Of a stretch of DNA of 64,000 nt, positions 34,092-44,078 are shown piece by piece. The notes under the pieces are model-generated. The model was not told the DNA's origin. It searched no databases and saw only the letters and a list, made by a program, of their open reading frames with translations. Origin of the DNA: Alphaproteobacteria bacterium (lineage in GTDB: Bacteria; Pseudomonadota; Alphaproteobacteria; CALKHQ01); assembly GCA_965227515.1 (NCBI GenBank), contig CBDDFZ010000001.1, positions 2,912,001 through 2,976,000 of the forward strand, in the 5' to 3' direction. How positions within the stretch are numbered: the stretch's first letter is position 1; every line of letters starts with the position of its first letter. The translations under genes and the position numbers were made by a program.

Positions 34092-35171
34092 CTAAAGCCG
34101 CTGGCCGGTATCGCTGGCAAAAAGGTTCAAGCGGTCGGGCGGAAACTCGACCTTCAGCGCCGACTGGGGCTTGCAATCGGCGTCGCCGTCCAGGCGCAGG
34201 CTGATGATCTTGTCCAGGTGCTTGCACCACACGATGGTTTCCGCACCCATCGGCTCGACCAGGTCGACGACAATGTCATGCAGGCCGTTGTCCGGTTCGA
34301 TCCGGATATGCTCGGGCCTGACACCCAGTTCCACGGCCATGCCTTCGGATGGCTGGTTGGCGAAGGCATAGCCATCCAGCGGTTGGCGCATACCGTCCGA
34401 CGCGAATACGGGGCGGCCGCCTTCCATTTCGATGCGGCCCTCGAAGAAGTTCATCTTCGGCGAGCCGACAAATCCGGCGACGAACCGGTTGGCCGGCCTG
34501 TGGTAGATCTCGTGCGGCGCATCGAGTTGCTGGATGATGCCGGCGTGCATGACCGCGATGCGGTCGGCGAGTGTCAGTGCTTCGATCTGGTCGTGCGTGA
34601 CATAGATCATGGTCGAGTTGCCAAGCTCGCGGTGCAGCCGCTTGAGCTCAACCCGCAGCTCGGTCCGGAGTGCCGCATCCAGGTTGGACAGCGGCTCGTC
34701 GAACAGGAAGACGTGAACGTCGCGCACCAGGGCCCGGCCGATTGCCACCCGCTGGCGCTGGCCGCCTGACAATTGCACGGGGCGCCGATGCATCAGGTCT
34801 TCGATGTGAAGGAGCTTGGCGGCATCGGCCACGCGCCGCTGAATCTCATCTCGGGGCATCCGCGCCATCTTCAGGCCGAACGACATGTTGCCGGCCACCG
34901 TCATGCGCGGATACAGCGCGTATGACTGGAACACCATGCCGATGCCCCGGTTCTTCGGCTCCTCCCAGGTGACGTTCTTGCCGTCGATCCAGATCTCGCC
35001 GTCTGAAATGTCGAGCAGGCCGGCGATCGAGTTCAGCAGCGTGGACTTGCCGCAGCCGGACGGGCCGAGCAACACGACGAACTCGCCTTCCTCCACTTCG
35101 ATGTTCAGGTCGTCCAGCACCTTCAGGTGGCCGAACGAGACGCCCAGGTCGCGGATCGAAACGCTTGCCAT
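34092..35171 (-). CDS. carbohydrate ABC transporter ATPase (MalK-like)
   Basis: GPSGCGKST, LSGGQRQRVAIGRA, FDEPLSNLDA. Confidence 0.96.
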   Translation of the reverse strand: MASVSIRDLGVSFGHLKVLDDLNIEVEEGEFVVLLGPSGCGKSTLLNSIAGLLDISDGEIWIDGKNVTWEEPKNRGIGMVFQSYALYPRMTVAGNMSFGLKMARMPRDEIQRRVADAAKLLHIEDLMHRRPVQLSGGQRQRVAIGRALVRDVHVFLFDEPLSNLDAALRTELRVELKRLHRELGNSTMIYVTHDQIEALTLADRIAVMHAGIIQQLDAPHEIYHRPANRFVAGFVGSPKMNFFEGRIEMEGGRPVFASDGMRQPLDGYAFANQPSEGMAVELGVRPEHIRIEPDNGLHDIVVDLVEPMGAETIVWCKHLDKIISLRLDGDADCKPQSALKVEFPPDRLNLFASDTGQRL

Positions 35172-35181
35172 CGGTTCAGCC

Positions 35182-36114
35182 TCAGCCCTTCACGGCGCCA
35201 GCGGCGATGCCGCGCACGAACCATCGGCCGGAGAAGAAGTAGACGGCCAGCGGCACGGCGGCTGTCAGGATGGTGGCGGCCATGTTGACGTTGTACTCCC
35301 GGGTTCCGGTGGTGGAGTTGACGACGTTGTTGAGCAGCACGGTCATCGGCATGTTGTCCCGCCCCGCGAAGACCGATCCGAACAGGAAGTCGTTCCAGAT
35401 GCCGGTGGTCTGCAGGATGACCGCGACAATGGTGATGGGCACCGACATCGGCATGATGATGCGGAAGAAGGCGGTCCAGAACCCGGCGCCATCGACGCGC
35501 GCGGCCTTGAACAGCTCCTCCGGCAACGCCGCAAAGTAGTTGCGGAACAGCAACGTGGTGATCGGCAGCCCGAATATGGTGTGGATGATGACGATGCCGG
35601 GCAGCGAGGCGAACAGCCCGACTTCGCGCAGGAAGATGATCAGCGGGTAGATGACCGCCTGGTAGGGGACGAAGGCGCCGAATATCAGCAGGCCGAAGAA
35701 CAGGTTGGCGCCCCTGAACCGCCAGAACGAGAGGGCATAGCCGTTCATGGCCGCGACCAGCACGGATACGATAACGCTGGGTACGGTGATCTTGATCGAG
35801 TTCCAGAAGCCGGGGCTGATACCGCTGCAATCGAGGCCTGTGCACGCGGTGGCCCATGCCTTGGTCCAGGCCTCGAACTCGATATCGCTCGGCCATGAGA
35901 ACAGGTAACCGAGTCTGATCTCGGGCATCCCCTTCAACGACGTCACCAGCATCACCCACAGCGGCGCCAGGAAGAAGAGCGCGGAGATGATGAGGAAGAC
36001 GTAGACGCCGACGCGGGCCGGTGTCAGACGCTTGGGCTTGGCGCCGCGAGGTCCGTCATGCGCGCCAATGCCGGTGGACCGGGCCATGGTGCTGTCACTG
36101 CTCGCGGCACTCAT
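35182..36114 (-). CDS. carbohydrate ABC permease
   Basis: EELFKAARVDGAG EAA loop, WNDFL. Confidence 0.94.
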   Translation of the reverse strand: MSAASSDSTMARSTGIGAHDGPRGAKPKRLTPARVGVYVFLIISALFFLAPLWVMLVTSLKGMPEIRLGYLFSWPSDIEFEAWTKAWATACTGLDCSGISPGFWNSIKITVPSVIVSVLVAAMNGYALSFWRFRGANLFFGLLIFGAFVPYQAVIYPLIIFLREVGLFASLPGIVIIHTIFGLPITTLLFRNYFAALPEELFKAARVDGAGFWTAFFRIIMPMSVPITIVAVILQTTGIWNDFLFGSVFAGRDNMPMTVLLNNVVNSTTGTREYNVNMAATILTAAVPLAVYFFSGRWFVRGIAAGAVKG

Positions 36115-37046
36115 CGCGTCAACAGCCCGGCGCGCCGCTTCTGGCGGTAGTCGGTCGCAGCCTTGATGAACAACAACACGACGATCGGGATCAGCATCAT
36201 GGTCGCCGCCGCCATGCCCAGCGCCACATTCTGGCGGTTCTGGATGTGCTCGATCACGAACACCGCCGGCATCTGCGATGCGATGCCGGGCCCGCCCTGG
36301 GTCATGGCGACCACCAGGTCATAGACGCGGACGATCTGGGTACATTGCAGGATGAACGCCGTCAGCACGGCGCCGCGGATCATCGGCAACACGATGAAAA
36401 GGTACGTTCGCCAGGTCGGAATGCCGTCGACCCGGGTGGCCTTCCATATCTCCTCATCGATGCCGCGCAGCCCGGCCAGCATGATCGCCATGGTCACGCC
36501 AACCCCGTTCCACACATTGCCGAGCACCAGGCCGTAGACGGCCTGGTCCTGGTTAACCAGCGGCGCGAACTGGAAGTCCTCCCAACCCAGCCTTTGGATG
36601 GTGGCGGAGATGCCCAGGTTCGGGTCCAGCATCCACTGCCACACAAGACCGGTCACCACCAGCGACATGGAAAACGGGTAGAGAAAGATGGTGCGGAACG
36701 TATCTTCCTGCTTGATGCGCTGATCGATGAACACCGCCAGCAGATAGCCAAAGGTCATCTGGAAAACGATGACCAGGGCGCCGAAGACCCAGATGTTCTC
36801 CACCGATACCAGCCACCGCGACGTGTCCCAAAGTCGCTCGTACTGGTCGATGCCAATGAAGTTGAAACGCGGGAACAGCTTGGCGTCGGTGAAAGACAGC
36901 AGGATCGAGTAGATGATGCCGGCGACATAGACGCCCAGCGCCACCATGATCATGGTGCTCGCACCCAGATACGGATGGATGGCTGAAAGGCGGAACGGTC
37001 TGCGCGTTCTTGGCCGCGCGGCCGAGACCTCTTGGGTGGCTGTCAT
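36111..37046 (-). CDS. carbohydrate ABC permease
   Basis: LAGLRGIDEEIWKATRVDG. Confidence 0.94.
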   Translation of the reverse strand: MTATQEVSAARPRTRRPFRLSAIHPYLGASTMIMVALGVYVAGIIYSILLSFTDAKLFPRFNFIGIDQYERLWDTSRWLVSVENIWVFGALVIVFQMTFGYLLAVFIDQRIKQEDTFRTIFLYPFSMSLVVTGLVWQWMLDPNLGISATIQRLGWEDFQFAPLVNQDQAVYGLVLGNVWNGVGVTMAIMLAGLRGIDEEIWKATRVDGIPTWRTYLFIVLPMIRGAVLTAFILQCTQIVRVYDLVVAMTQGGPGIASQMPAVFVIEHIQNRQNVALGMAAATMMLIPIVVLLFIKAATDYRQKRRAGLLTR

Positions 37047-37096
37047 GATACGCCGAAAACTGCCAGGGCTGTCCGGTTCGGTCACGAAAAGTCAGA

Positions 37097-37124
37097 GTGG
37101 CACGGCACCGCGGTGCCGTGCCAC
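37097..37124. repeat. 28-bp perfect palindrome between the SBP and permease genes (likely mRNA stem-loop)
   Basis: GTGGCACGGCACCGCGGTGCCGTGCCAC. Confidence 0.8.
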
Positions 37125-37153
37125 GTGAGTGCGCTCCCGTAAGCGAGGAGCGC

Positions 37154-38404
37154 CTAGCTGGCGTCTTCGAGAATCTGGGCCAGACGCTCCTGCGCTTCCT
37201 CGATCGAGAGGTCGCGGTTGAAGGAGAATTCGGCCCAAAGGTCGTCAAGCTGGCCGGCCGTGTCTTCGGTGAAGAAGTTGTTCTGCGCCGGGACGACGTT
37301 ATTGGGGTCGGACAGGATTTCCAGACCCAGCTTCATGCAGTCGTCAGCCAACTCAAGGTCGACGTCGGCGCGCACGGGCAGCGAGCCCTTGGCCAGGTTG
37401 AACAATGCCTGCACGCGCGGGCTGATCATCAGCGAGGCCAGCTCGAGCTGAGCGGCTTCGACTTCCGGATCGTCCTGCTTCGGGAACAGGAAGATGTCGC
37501 CGCCGGTGTCCAGATAGGCGTGGTCGGCGGGTCCGCCGGCCAGGCACTCGTAGTCGACGCCAGGCACCTCGCCGGCAATGGCGAATTCGCCGCGCGCCCA
37601 GTCGCCCATGATCTGCAGGGCTGCCTGGTCGGTGATGATGAGGTTGGTGGTGTCGTTCCAGTTCCGGTTGCCGGAACCGTCGTCGATGTAGGACGTCATC
37701 TCGCGCCAGATCTCAAGCGCGTGCGCGATTTCCGGGCCTTGCGCATATTCGAGGTCGCGGTCGCGGTAGAGGCGCAGATAGCCTTCGGATCCGATCTCGC
37801 TCAGGATCACGACGTCAAGCGCGCCGGAGTGCTGCCAGCTCTCGCCGCCGATGGCGAACGGGATGAAGCCGGCTTCCTGGATGGCCGGCGCGGCGGCCAG
37901 GAACTCGGTCAGGTTGTTCGGCATCTCGACGCCGGCCTGTTCGAACACCGGGATCGAGGCCCAGCCCCACTGCCACGAGTGAATATTGACCGGCACGCAC
38001 CAGACGCGGCCGTCCTTGATGCATGGATCGAGAATCTGCGACGGGCGCACGACATCGGCCCAACCCTCGGCCTCGGCGAGATCGGTCAGATCGAGCAACA
38101 GGCCGGCCTCGATCAGCTCTTCATACTGACGGCCGGGGTTGAACTGCGCGGCATCGGGCGGGTCGCCGCCCAGGGTACGCTGCATCATGGCGGCACGCGC
38201 GTTCGGCCCACCGGCGATCGCGGTGTCGACCCAGGTGTTGTCAGTGGTGTCGTTGAACTCGTTGGCGAACACGGACACAGCCGCCTGCTCGCCACCCGAC
38301 GTCCACCAGTGCATCACCTCAACCTCGGCGGCCATCGCCGGGGTGCCAGCCAGTGCCACCAGCGCGGTGGTCTGCAGCAAAGTCGCGCAATTCAGGCGTT
38401 TCAT
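37154..38404 (-). CDS. sugar ABC substrate-binding protein
   Basis: Signal peptide, EVMHWWTSGGE, VPVNIHS, QIMGDWARGE (glucose/mannose-binding type). Confidence 0.93.
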   Translation of the reverse strand: MKRLNCATLLQTTALVALAGTPAMAAEVEVMHWWTSGGEQAAVSVFANEFNDTTDNTWVDTAIAGGPNARAAMMQRTLGGDPPDAAQFNPGRQYEELIEAGLLLDLTDLAEAEGWADVVRPSQILDPCIKDGRVWCVPVNIHSWQWGWASIPVFEQAGVEMPNNLTEFLAAAPAIQEAGFIPFAIGGESWQHSGALDVVILSEIGSEGYLRLYRDRDLEYAQGPEIAHALEIWREMTSYIDDGSGNRNWNDTTNLIITDQAALQIMGDWARGEFAIAGEVPGVDYECLAGGPADHAYLDTGGDIFLFPKQDDPEVEAAQLELASLMISPRVQALFNLAKGSLPVRADVDLELADDCMKLGLEILSDPNNVVPAQNNFFTEDTAGQLDDLWAEFSFNRDLSIEEAQERLAQILEDAS

Positions 38405-38484
38405 TCGATAGTCCTCCCTGTTCTGGCCCGGTCATTTTGGGCCGTTCGATCTTTCCGGTCGTCCGATGTGGACGCCGGGGTTTT

Positions 38485-38496
38485 GTAATCGATTAC
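38485..38496. promoter_or_regulatory. LacI-family operator
   Basis: Perfect palindrome GTAATCGATTAC between the divergent SBP and LacI genes. Confidence 0.75.
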
Positions 38497-38598
38497 CTTG
38501 AGTGTATGCTCTTGGATTAGGCTGTCAATCCTTTCCGGTCGCGGTATCTGTGGTGCCGATGGGGCGGACAGCGACGATCGGAACGACGACTCTTGACG

Positions 38599-39660
38599 AT
38601 GGAAAGCATTGCTAAACGGCGGCGGACGTCGCGCGGGGGCGTGACGATTCATGACGTGGCCGGTCGTGCCGGAGTCTCCACGGCGACGGTCAGCCGCGCG
38701 CTGATGACCCCGGAGCGGGTGCGGCCGGCAACGCGCGAAGCGGTGCTGCGTGCCGTCGCCGACACCGGCTACACGCCGAACCAGGCCGCGCGGTCGCTGC
38801 GCGCGCGCAAGACCATGATGGCGATGGTCATCGTGCCCAACGTCGGCAACGCCTTCTTCGTCGAGGTGCTGCGCGGCATCGACGCCGCGTTGTCGGAGGC
38901 CGGCTATGGCCTGATCATCGGGCATCTGGACAATTCCCACGCCAAAGAGCGCCATTTCGTCGAGCTGGCGCTGGCCGGGCAGGTCGATGGCGTCCTGCTG
39001 CTGAACGGCTGGATGCCGGTGAAGGACAATCGGCCGCTGACCGATGCGGGCATGCCGATCGTGTCGGTCGGCACGTATGTCGACAATCCAGAAATTCCCA
39101 AGATCATCGTGCGCAACCGCGAGGCATCGCAAGCCATTGCCGAGCACCTGATCGGTCTCGGCCACACCAGACTCGGCTACATTTCAGGTCCGCCGGGCAA
39201 CTGGGTCGACGGGCAGCGTTGGCAGGGGTTCAGCGAAGCAGTCGCGGCGGCGGGGCTGGACCCCGGCAGCATCCTGCGCTGGGGCGGACGGTTCGATTTC
39301 CATACCGGGGTCGCGGCGGCCGAGGCGTTCCTGAACGCGGCCCGCCGGCCGACCGCCGTGTTCGCCGCTAGCGACGAGATCGCCATCGGGTTCACAAAGC
39401 GGCTGCGCGCCGCGGACCTGGCCGTACCGCGCGATGTCTCGGTGGTCGGGTTCGACGGCATTGCCTTCGCCGAATTCTGCGAGCCGACGCTCACGACCAT
39501 TCTTCAGCCGCGGTTCGAGCTGGGGCGGGCGGGGGCCGCGGTGCTGTTGCGCATGCTGGAGGACCCGAACCACCGCCCGGACACCTGGACGTCGCTGGAT
39601 GCCGAGCTGGTGTGCCGCGAAAGCACCGCGCCGCCGCCGCCGTCGCAAAGCCACGCGTAG
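38599..39660 (+). CDS. LacI-family transcriptional regulator
   Basis: TIHDVAGRAGVSTATVSRAL, YTPNQAARSL, DVSVVGFDG. Confidence 0.96.
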   Translation: MESIAKRRRTSRGGVTIHDVAGRAGVSTATVSRALMTPERVRPATREAVLRAVADTGYTPNQAARSLRARKTMMAMVIVPNVGNAFFVEVLRGIDAALSEAGYGLIIGHLDNSHAKERHFVELALAGQVDGVLLLNGWMPVKDNRPLTDAGMPIVSVGTYVDNPEIPKIIVRNREASQAIAEHLIGLGHTRLGYISGPPGNWVDGQRWQGFSEAVAAAGLDPGSILRWGGRFDFHTGVAAAEAFLNAARRPTAVFAASDEIAIGFTKRLRAADLAVPRDVSVVGFDGIAFAEFCEPTLTTILQPRFELGRAGAAVLLRMLEDPNHRPDTWTSLDAELVCRESTAPPPPSQSHA

Positions 39661-39698
39661 GAGATGTTCCGGACGGCCACGCTAACTGATCAAATAAA

Positions 39699-39734
39699 GA
39701 ACATATTGACAACAATCACCTTGGCTGATATGGT
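39699..39734 (+). promoter_or_regulatory. sigma70 promoter overlapped by a LexA-type box
   Basis: TTGACA(39706)-N17-TATGGT(39729); GAAC-ATATTGA-CAAC at 39699-39713. Confidence 0.7.
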
Positions 39735-40060
39735 GCGTCTACAGTCAAAGTAGACTGTTCCTTCCGGCCAAGCCGCTGCATCGATCGTTGATCCGGCGGC
39801 CCCGGACGACCGCGGGAAAGACCGCCGGCAAACGGTGCCCGTCAGCGCCGAGGAAACGGCCCGCCGGCCGGCCCGCGCAGATCGCGCGCTCCCAACACGC
39901 CAACTTGCCTGCCGCCCTCCCTCGGGCGGGCCTTGGCGTGCCAGCGCGCTGGTTTTGTTTCTGGGGCGCAGACTCAGCCTTAGCGTCCAACAAGAAACTG
40001 CGTGCCGGCCGGCGGTCAACCGCTCCGCGCCTTCATCAACCAACTGAAGGAGACGTGGAA

Positions 40061-40948
40061 GTGTCTTTCGAAATCTCGACTTCGCATTCGCTGGACTACG
40101 GCGGCGCGGTTGCGCTCCGCCTGCAGCAGCGCGGGTCCAAGCTGCGCCCGACGGTGGAGGAGTCCGCCTTCAGGGGCAAGGCGGCGCGCGCTGTCGACCA
40201 GGTGGGCCCGGTCTCGGCGCAGAAGCGCACCACCCGCCACAGCGACACCCCGCTGATCAGCACGCCGCACTCGGCGCGCTGGATCTACCCCAACGACTAT
40301 GAGTGGGCGGACCTGATCGACGAGCAGGACAAGGTCCGCACCATCCACGAGCCGACCAACGCCTACACCGAGAACGGCGCCAATGCCCTGGGTCGCTCGA
40401 TGGACGATGAGATCATCACGGCGTTCTTCGGCACCGCCAAGACCGGCGAGAACGGCACCACCGACACCGCGTTCGACAGCGCCAACCAGACGGTGGCGGT
40501 CGACACCGGTGCCGGCGGCGCCACCGGCCTCAACGTCGCCAAGCTGCGCTATGCCAAGCGCATCCTGATGGCCAACGAGGTCGACGTCGACTACGAGCCG
40601 CTGTTCTGCGCCATCACCGCGCAGCAGCACGACGACCTGCTAAGCGAGACCCAGGCCATCAGCCTGGACTTCAACACCCGCCCGGTGCTGGTGGACGGCA
40701 AGATCTCCGCCTTCATGGGCTTCAACTTCGTCCATATCGAGCGCCTGCAGGTCGACGGCAGTTCCTATCGCCGCCTGCCGGTGTGGGGGCGCTCGGGCAT
40801 GCACCTGGGCGTGTGGGACGACATCGAGGGCAAGGTGACCGAGCGGGACGACAAGTCCTACTCCACCCAGGTCTATGTGCGCGGCACGTTCGGCGCGACG
40901 CGGACCGAGGAGGGCAAGGTCGTCGAAATCAAGTGTTCGGAAGCGTAG
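40061..40948 (+). CDS. podovirus-type major capsid protein
   Basis: GTG start after AAGGAG; LQQRGSKLR, RHSDTP, YEWADLIDEQDK, ALGRSMDDEII, FMGFNF, FGATRTEEGKVV. Confidence 0.85.
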   Translation: MSFEISTSHSLDYGGAVALRLQQRGSKLRPTVEESAFRGKAARAVDQVGPVSAQKRTTRHSDTPLISTPHSARWIYPNDYEWADLIDEQDKVRTIHEPTNAYTENGANALGRSMDDEIITAFFGTAKTGENGTTDTAFDSANQTVAVDTGAGGATGLNVAKLRYAKRILMANEVDVDYEPLFCAITAQQHDDLLSETQAISLDFNTRPVLVDGKISAFMGFNFVHIERLQVDGSSYRRLPVWGRSGMHLGVWDDIEGKVTERDDKSYSTQVYVRGTFGATRTEEGKVVEIKCSEA

Positions 40949-40959
40949 GGGGCTGAGCG

Positions 40960-41442
40960 ATGGCTGTGACCACACAACAGAGCACGCAACTGGCGCTGAC
41001 CGAGACCGAGCCGACCGATTTCAACCCCACCCACGAGTGGGCCGGGCGGCTGCGGTTCGCGCGCTTCGATTTCACCCAGTCCGGCGCCGGCGATGCCGGT
41101 TCGGTCGCCGAGCTGCTGACCCTGCCCGCCGGTAAGGTGCGGGTGGTGCTGCCGCTGAGCCGGATCGCGTTTTCCGCGCTCGGCGCCTCGCGCACCATGG
41201 ACTTCGGCTGGAAGGCCCATACCGGCGACGACGACGTCGCGGTGGCGGCCGACCCCAACGGCCTGGATGCCGCGGTCGACGTCTCCTCGGCCGGCTCGGT
41301 CAACCCCGGCGGCACTGTCGGCGGCGGCGAGACCTATCTGTTCGAGGCCAAGGCGGGCGTGACGCTCACCGCCACCATCAACGGCGGCACGTTCCCGGAC
41401 GCGGCGACGCTGAACGGCTACGTCGTCTACGTGGTCGACTGA
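40960..41442 (+). CDS. virion structural protein (capsid decoration/cement-like)
   Basis: 160 aa beta-rich protein ending YVVD, immediately after the capsid gene. Confidence 0.6.
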   Translation: MAVTTQQSTQLALTETEPTDFNPTHEWAGRLRFARFDFTQSGAGDAGSVAELLTLPAGKVRVVLPLSRIAFSALGASRTMDFGWKAHTGDDDVAVAADPNGLDAAVDVSSAGSVNPGGTVGGGETYLFEAKAGVTLTATINGGTFPDAATLNGYVVYVVD

Positions 41443-41507
41443 ACGTAGATGGACGAGCGACACCTTTCCGGCTGCGCGGTAGGGGAGAAGTGGTAGCCGG
41501 GAAACGG

Positions 41508-41546
41508 GGCGGGCGTGGGCAGCGATGTCCGCGCCCGCCTTTTGTT
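41508..41546 (+). terminator. intrinsic terminator after the head genes
   Basis: GGCGGGCGTGGGCA-gcga-TGTCCGCGCCCGCC followed by TTTTGTT. Confidence 0.8.
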
Positions 41547-41557
41547 CGCCATAGTTA

Positions 41558-41601
41558 GAACATAAGAGGAAAACAGATAGACAGAGGGTAGGTTGTATAA
41601 T
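41558..41601 (+). promoter_or_regulatory. LexA-type box and -10 element ahead of the cassette
   Basis: GAAC-ATAAGAG-GAAA (41558-41572); TATAAT at 41596. Confidence 0.55.
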
Positions 41602-41816
41602 AGTGTCTCTGTATCATCCAATACGTGCATCTGGCATCAATTCCGTTTGCATCGACGCGCGTGCTTGTGGCGCTGGAACGGCGCACGGCCTCGCCCAGGG
41701 CGAGTACATTCCCGGCGATCATTCGCGGCCGCTCAACACGGATGCGAGCTGCCGACAGCGTCATGCCGCAACGCCCAATTTTGGAGAATTCAGCGACTGA
41801 CGACAGGCGTCTCAGA

Positions 41817-42365
41817 ATGACAAACCCAACAATGCTGGCGACGGTGGCAATTCTTGCTGGGACCGTGCTGGGCTGTGCCCGTGGACCGGCAACACCACGG
41901 TTGGAGTACTACCCGCAAAATCCGGTTGAGCGTGCCCATGTCTGGCCCAGAACGATCGCAGAGGAATGTACCGCAGAATTCCTTAGATCGAAGGTGGCGT
42001 CGATGGTGTCGATTGATGATGCCGTCGACCGGTTTCAAGAGCTTGAATGGGACTGCGCCCAGAACGATCATGGTGCGGTGTGTACATTCGAGTTCACCTA
42101 TTTTGATGCTGCTATTCGCAAAGTATATGATCCAACTCTGTTCCAAAATGACGTTACTATACATATGGAGTTATTGGAGGTGGATGATCGAATATTCATT
42201 AACGATTTGAACTTCGAGGAGTTAACCTCAGAAGTAACTGAACAAGAATATCGCGCTGGGATGTTGGAGCTTCGGCAATTGGGTGATTTTCTGCCTAGCT
42301 CGGAGCTTTCGGTTGAGGACTATATGAACAACTGTGAGCCAGAGGTGCCTAGCAATGAGCAATGA
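41817..42365 (+). CDS. lipoprotein A (putative immunity protein)
   Basis: Lipobox VLG-C; YYPQNPVERA..WP, WDC, CTFEFTYFDAAIRKVYDP. Confidence 0.7.
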   Translation: MTNPTMLATVAILAGTVLGCARGPATPRLEYYPQNPVERAHVWPRTIAEECTAEFLRSKVASMVSIDDAVDRFQELEWDCAQNDHGAVCTFEFTYFDAAIRKVYDPTLFQNDVTIHMELLEVDDRIFINDLNFEELTSEVTEQEYRAGMLELRQLGDFLPSSELSVEDYMNNCEPEVPSNEQ

Positions 42366-42504
42366 GAATTGGCTTGTAGAAATGGGATCATATCCAATAC
42401 CAGGCATTGGTGGCGGGTATGCACACTGTTTTGTGGTGATCACGGATCCGCTGAGAAATCCGTGGTTAGTAAATTGCAACCGTCTTGCGACCTTTAAGGA
42501 GTGA
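42355..42504 (+). pseudogene. truncated copy of the 43040 gene (49 aa)
   Basis: MSNENWLVEMGSYPIPGIGGGYAHCFVVITDP, then diverges and stops. Confidence 0.8.
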
Positions 42505-43031
42505 AGAGAATGGCAATCCAACACATTTTTGTTTTCGTAACCATCGCCCTTTCGGCGGTGGGGTGTTCACGCCAACCTTCAGCTCCTGCGTACGATTTCT
42601 ACCCCACAAATGAAATTGAGCGTGCATATTATTGGCCTGATGGCACACGCCAGGATTGTATCATCAGGCTCTTAAATAGCCGGCTGTCCGGCAGTCATGG
42701 CCTAGATGATATAGATGGTATTTTATCAAACATGGGTTGGTCGTGCGAATTGGATGGTGATCGACAAACTTGCACCTATTCATTTTCTTACTACGACAGC
42801 GCTATTCATAAAGTTTATGATCCAATTCGAATTCGTTATGATATCGAAATTCAGTCAGGTATTGCCCTTGGTGATTTTGATCAAATGATATCTAGTGTTG
42901 TTCTGAAGAATGAGAGAAATGAGGTGTCAGAGAATGAATACCGCATAGCGATTAGTCAAGGTTATGCCGACGGACGATATAGTGACGAAAGTCCGCCGTC
43001 GTTTTCTGATTTAGCCGCGAACTGTGAGTGA
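42501..43031 (+). CDS. lipoprotein B, paralog of lipoprotein A
   Basis: Lipobox AVG-C; FYPTNEIERAYYWP, WSC, CTYSFSYYDSAIHKVYDP. Confidence 0.75.
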   Translation: MKRMAIQHIFVFVTIALSAVGCSRQPSAPAYDFYPTNEIERAYYWPDGTRQDCIIRLLNSRLSGSHGLDDIDGILSNMGWSCELDGDRQTCTYSFSYYDSAIHKVYDPIRIRYDIEIQSGIALGDFDQMISSVVLKNERNEVSENEYRIAISQGYADGRYSDESPPSFSDLAANCE

Positions 43032-43039
43032 GGCCGAAG

Positions 43040-44062
43040 ATGGCAAGAAATGAGAATTGGCGAGTTGAGATGGGTTCGTATCCGATCCCAGGGATTGGTG
43101 GCGGATACGCGCACAGCTTCATCATGATCATCGACCCGATGGGCAACCGCTACCTGTTCGAAGGGCATGGTAAGGGGCGAGAAGGCACCGACGAGCCTGG
43201 TGGCTGGGAGCACTTCATTCCTTTTTATGATGATAGCATCAGTGCGGGAGAAGGGGACATATTCTTTGCGCACGAGCGCAATCGTTTCCTACTCTTCGAG
43301 GGGCCGAAGGAGATTGTATTTGACCAGATCCGGTCGGCACTGATTCTGGTATCCAATGCTATCAATGATGCCGATTTGGACTACGAGCCGATCACGTTGG
43401 ATCCGTTTGACGAAGCACAGAATAGCAATAGCGTTGTCCGCACCTACACCGATGTCATCGAGGCAATTGTCGAGCGCAATGGTGGTGAGTACCTGGGTGT
43501 CCCCGATTACTACACTGACGACGAGGTGCTGTGGCATCAGAACAATTCGGTCTATCTGCCGGGCTGGGATCGCAATCTGCTCGACCAGATTGGTGTCGAC
43601 ATACCGGATCTGATCGAGCAAGCGGCACCTACGTCCCTGCCATTGCCATTGCACGGTCAACCCAGGGGCGCGCAGGATCAAGCGCTCGTGGGTGGGCAGC
43701 GTTCCGATGCCGCGACCACGTCAGTTTCGGGCGCCGCATCCGGTAGTGCCGCGGCCCGCGGTAATGCCTCCACGCGGACGTCGGCGACGTCGTTGCTGGG
43801 GAGATTATCGGCTGCCACGAGTTCGGCAACCGCCAAAAGTACCGGCAGCAAGACAGCCAAGAAAGCAGCCGACGGCAAACTGGCCAAGGCGCTCAGTCAA
43901 CCGCGTGACCCATGGGAATCGCTACTGACGGTGCCAGGGGCCTCCATGAACAAGCGCCAGAAAGAACAAATAGTGAAAACGCGCGCTTCGTCGACAATCG
44001 CGACCCGACGTTCGGGCCGGCGACGGCGACCTGACCACGATGTTGTAGCGCCGACCGCCTAA
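43040..44062 (+). CDS. hypothetical protein, putative effector with low-complexity C-terminal linker
   Basis: ENWRVEMGSYPIPGIGGGYAHSF ... DYEP..QNSNSVV; then a Ser/Ala/Thr/Lys-rich tail. Confidence 0.7.
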   Translation: MARNENWRVEMGSYPIPGIGGGYAHSFIMIIDPMGNRYLFEGHGKGREGTDEPGGWEHFIPFYDDSISAGEGDIFFAHERNRFLLFEGPKEIVFDQIRSALILVSNAINDADLDYEPITLDPFDEAQNSNSVVRTYTDVIEAIVERNGGEYLGVPDYYTDDEVLWHQNNSVYLPGWDRNLLDQIGVDIPDLIEQAAPTSLPLPLHGQPRGAQDQALVGGQRSDAATTSVSGAASGSAAARGNASTRTSATSLLGRLSAATSSATAKSTGSKTAKKAADGKLAKALSQPRDPWESLLTVPGASMNKRQKEQIVKTRASSTIATRRSGRRRRPDHDVVAPTA

Positions 44063-44078
44063 CCGATACCGCTTCGCC

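Noticed and set aside
39788-40060. 91-aa N-terminal extension of the capsid ORF
   Set aside because: Clear RBS before GTG 40061, where family-like sequence begins; the extension looks non-coding
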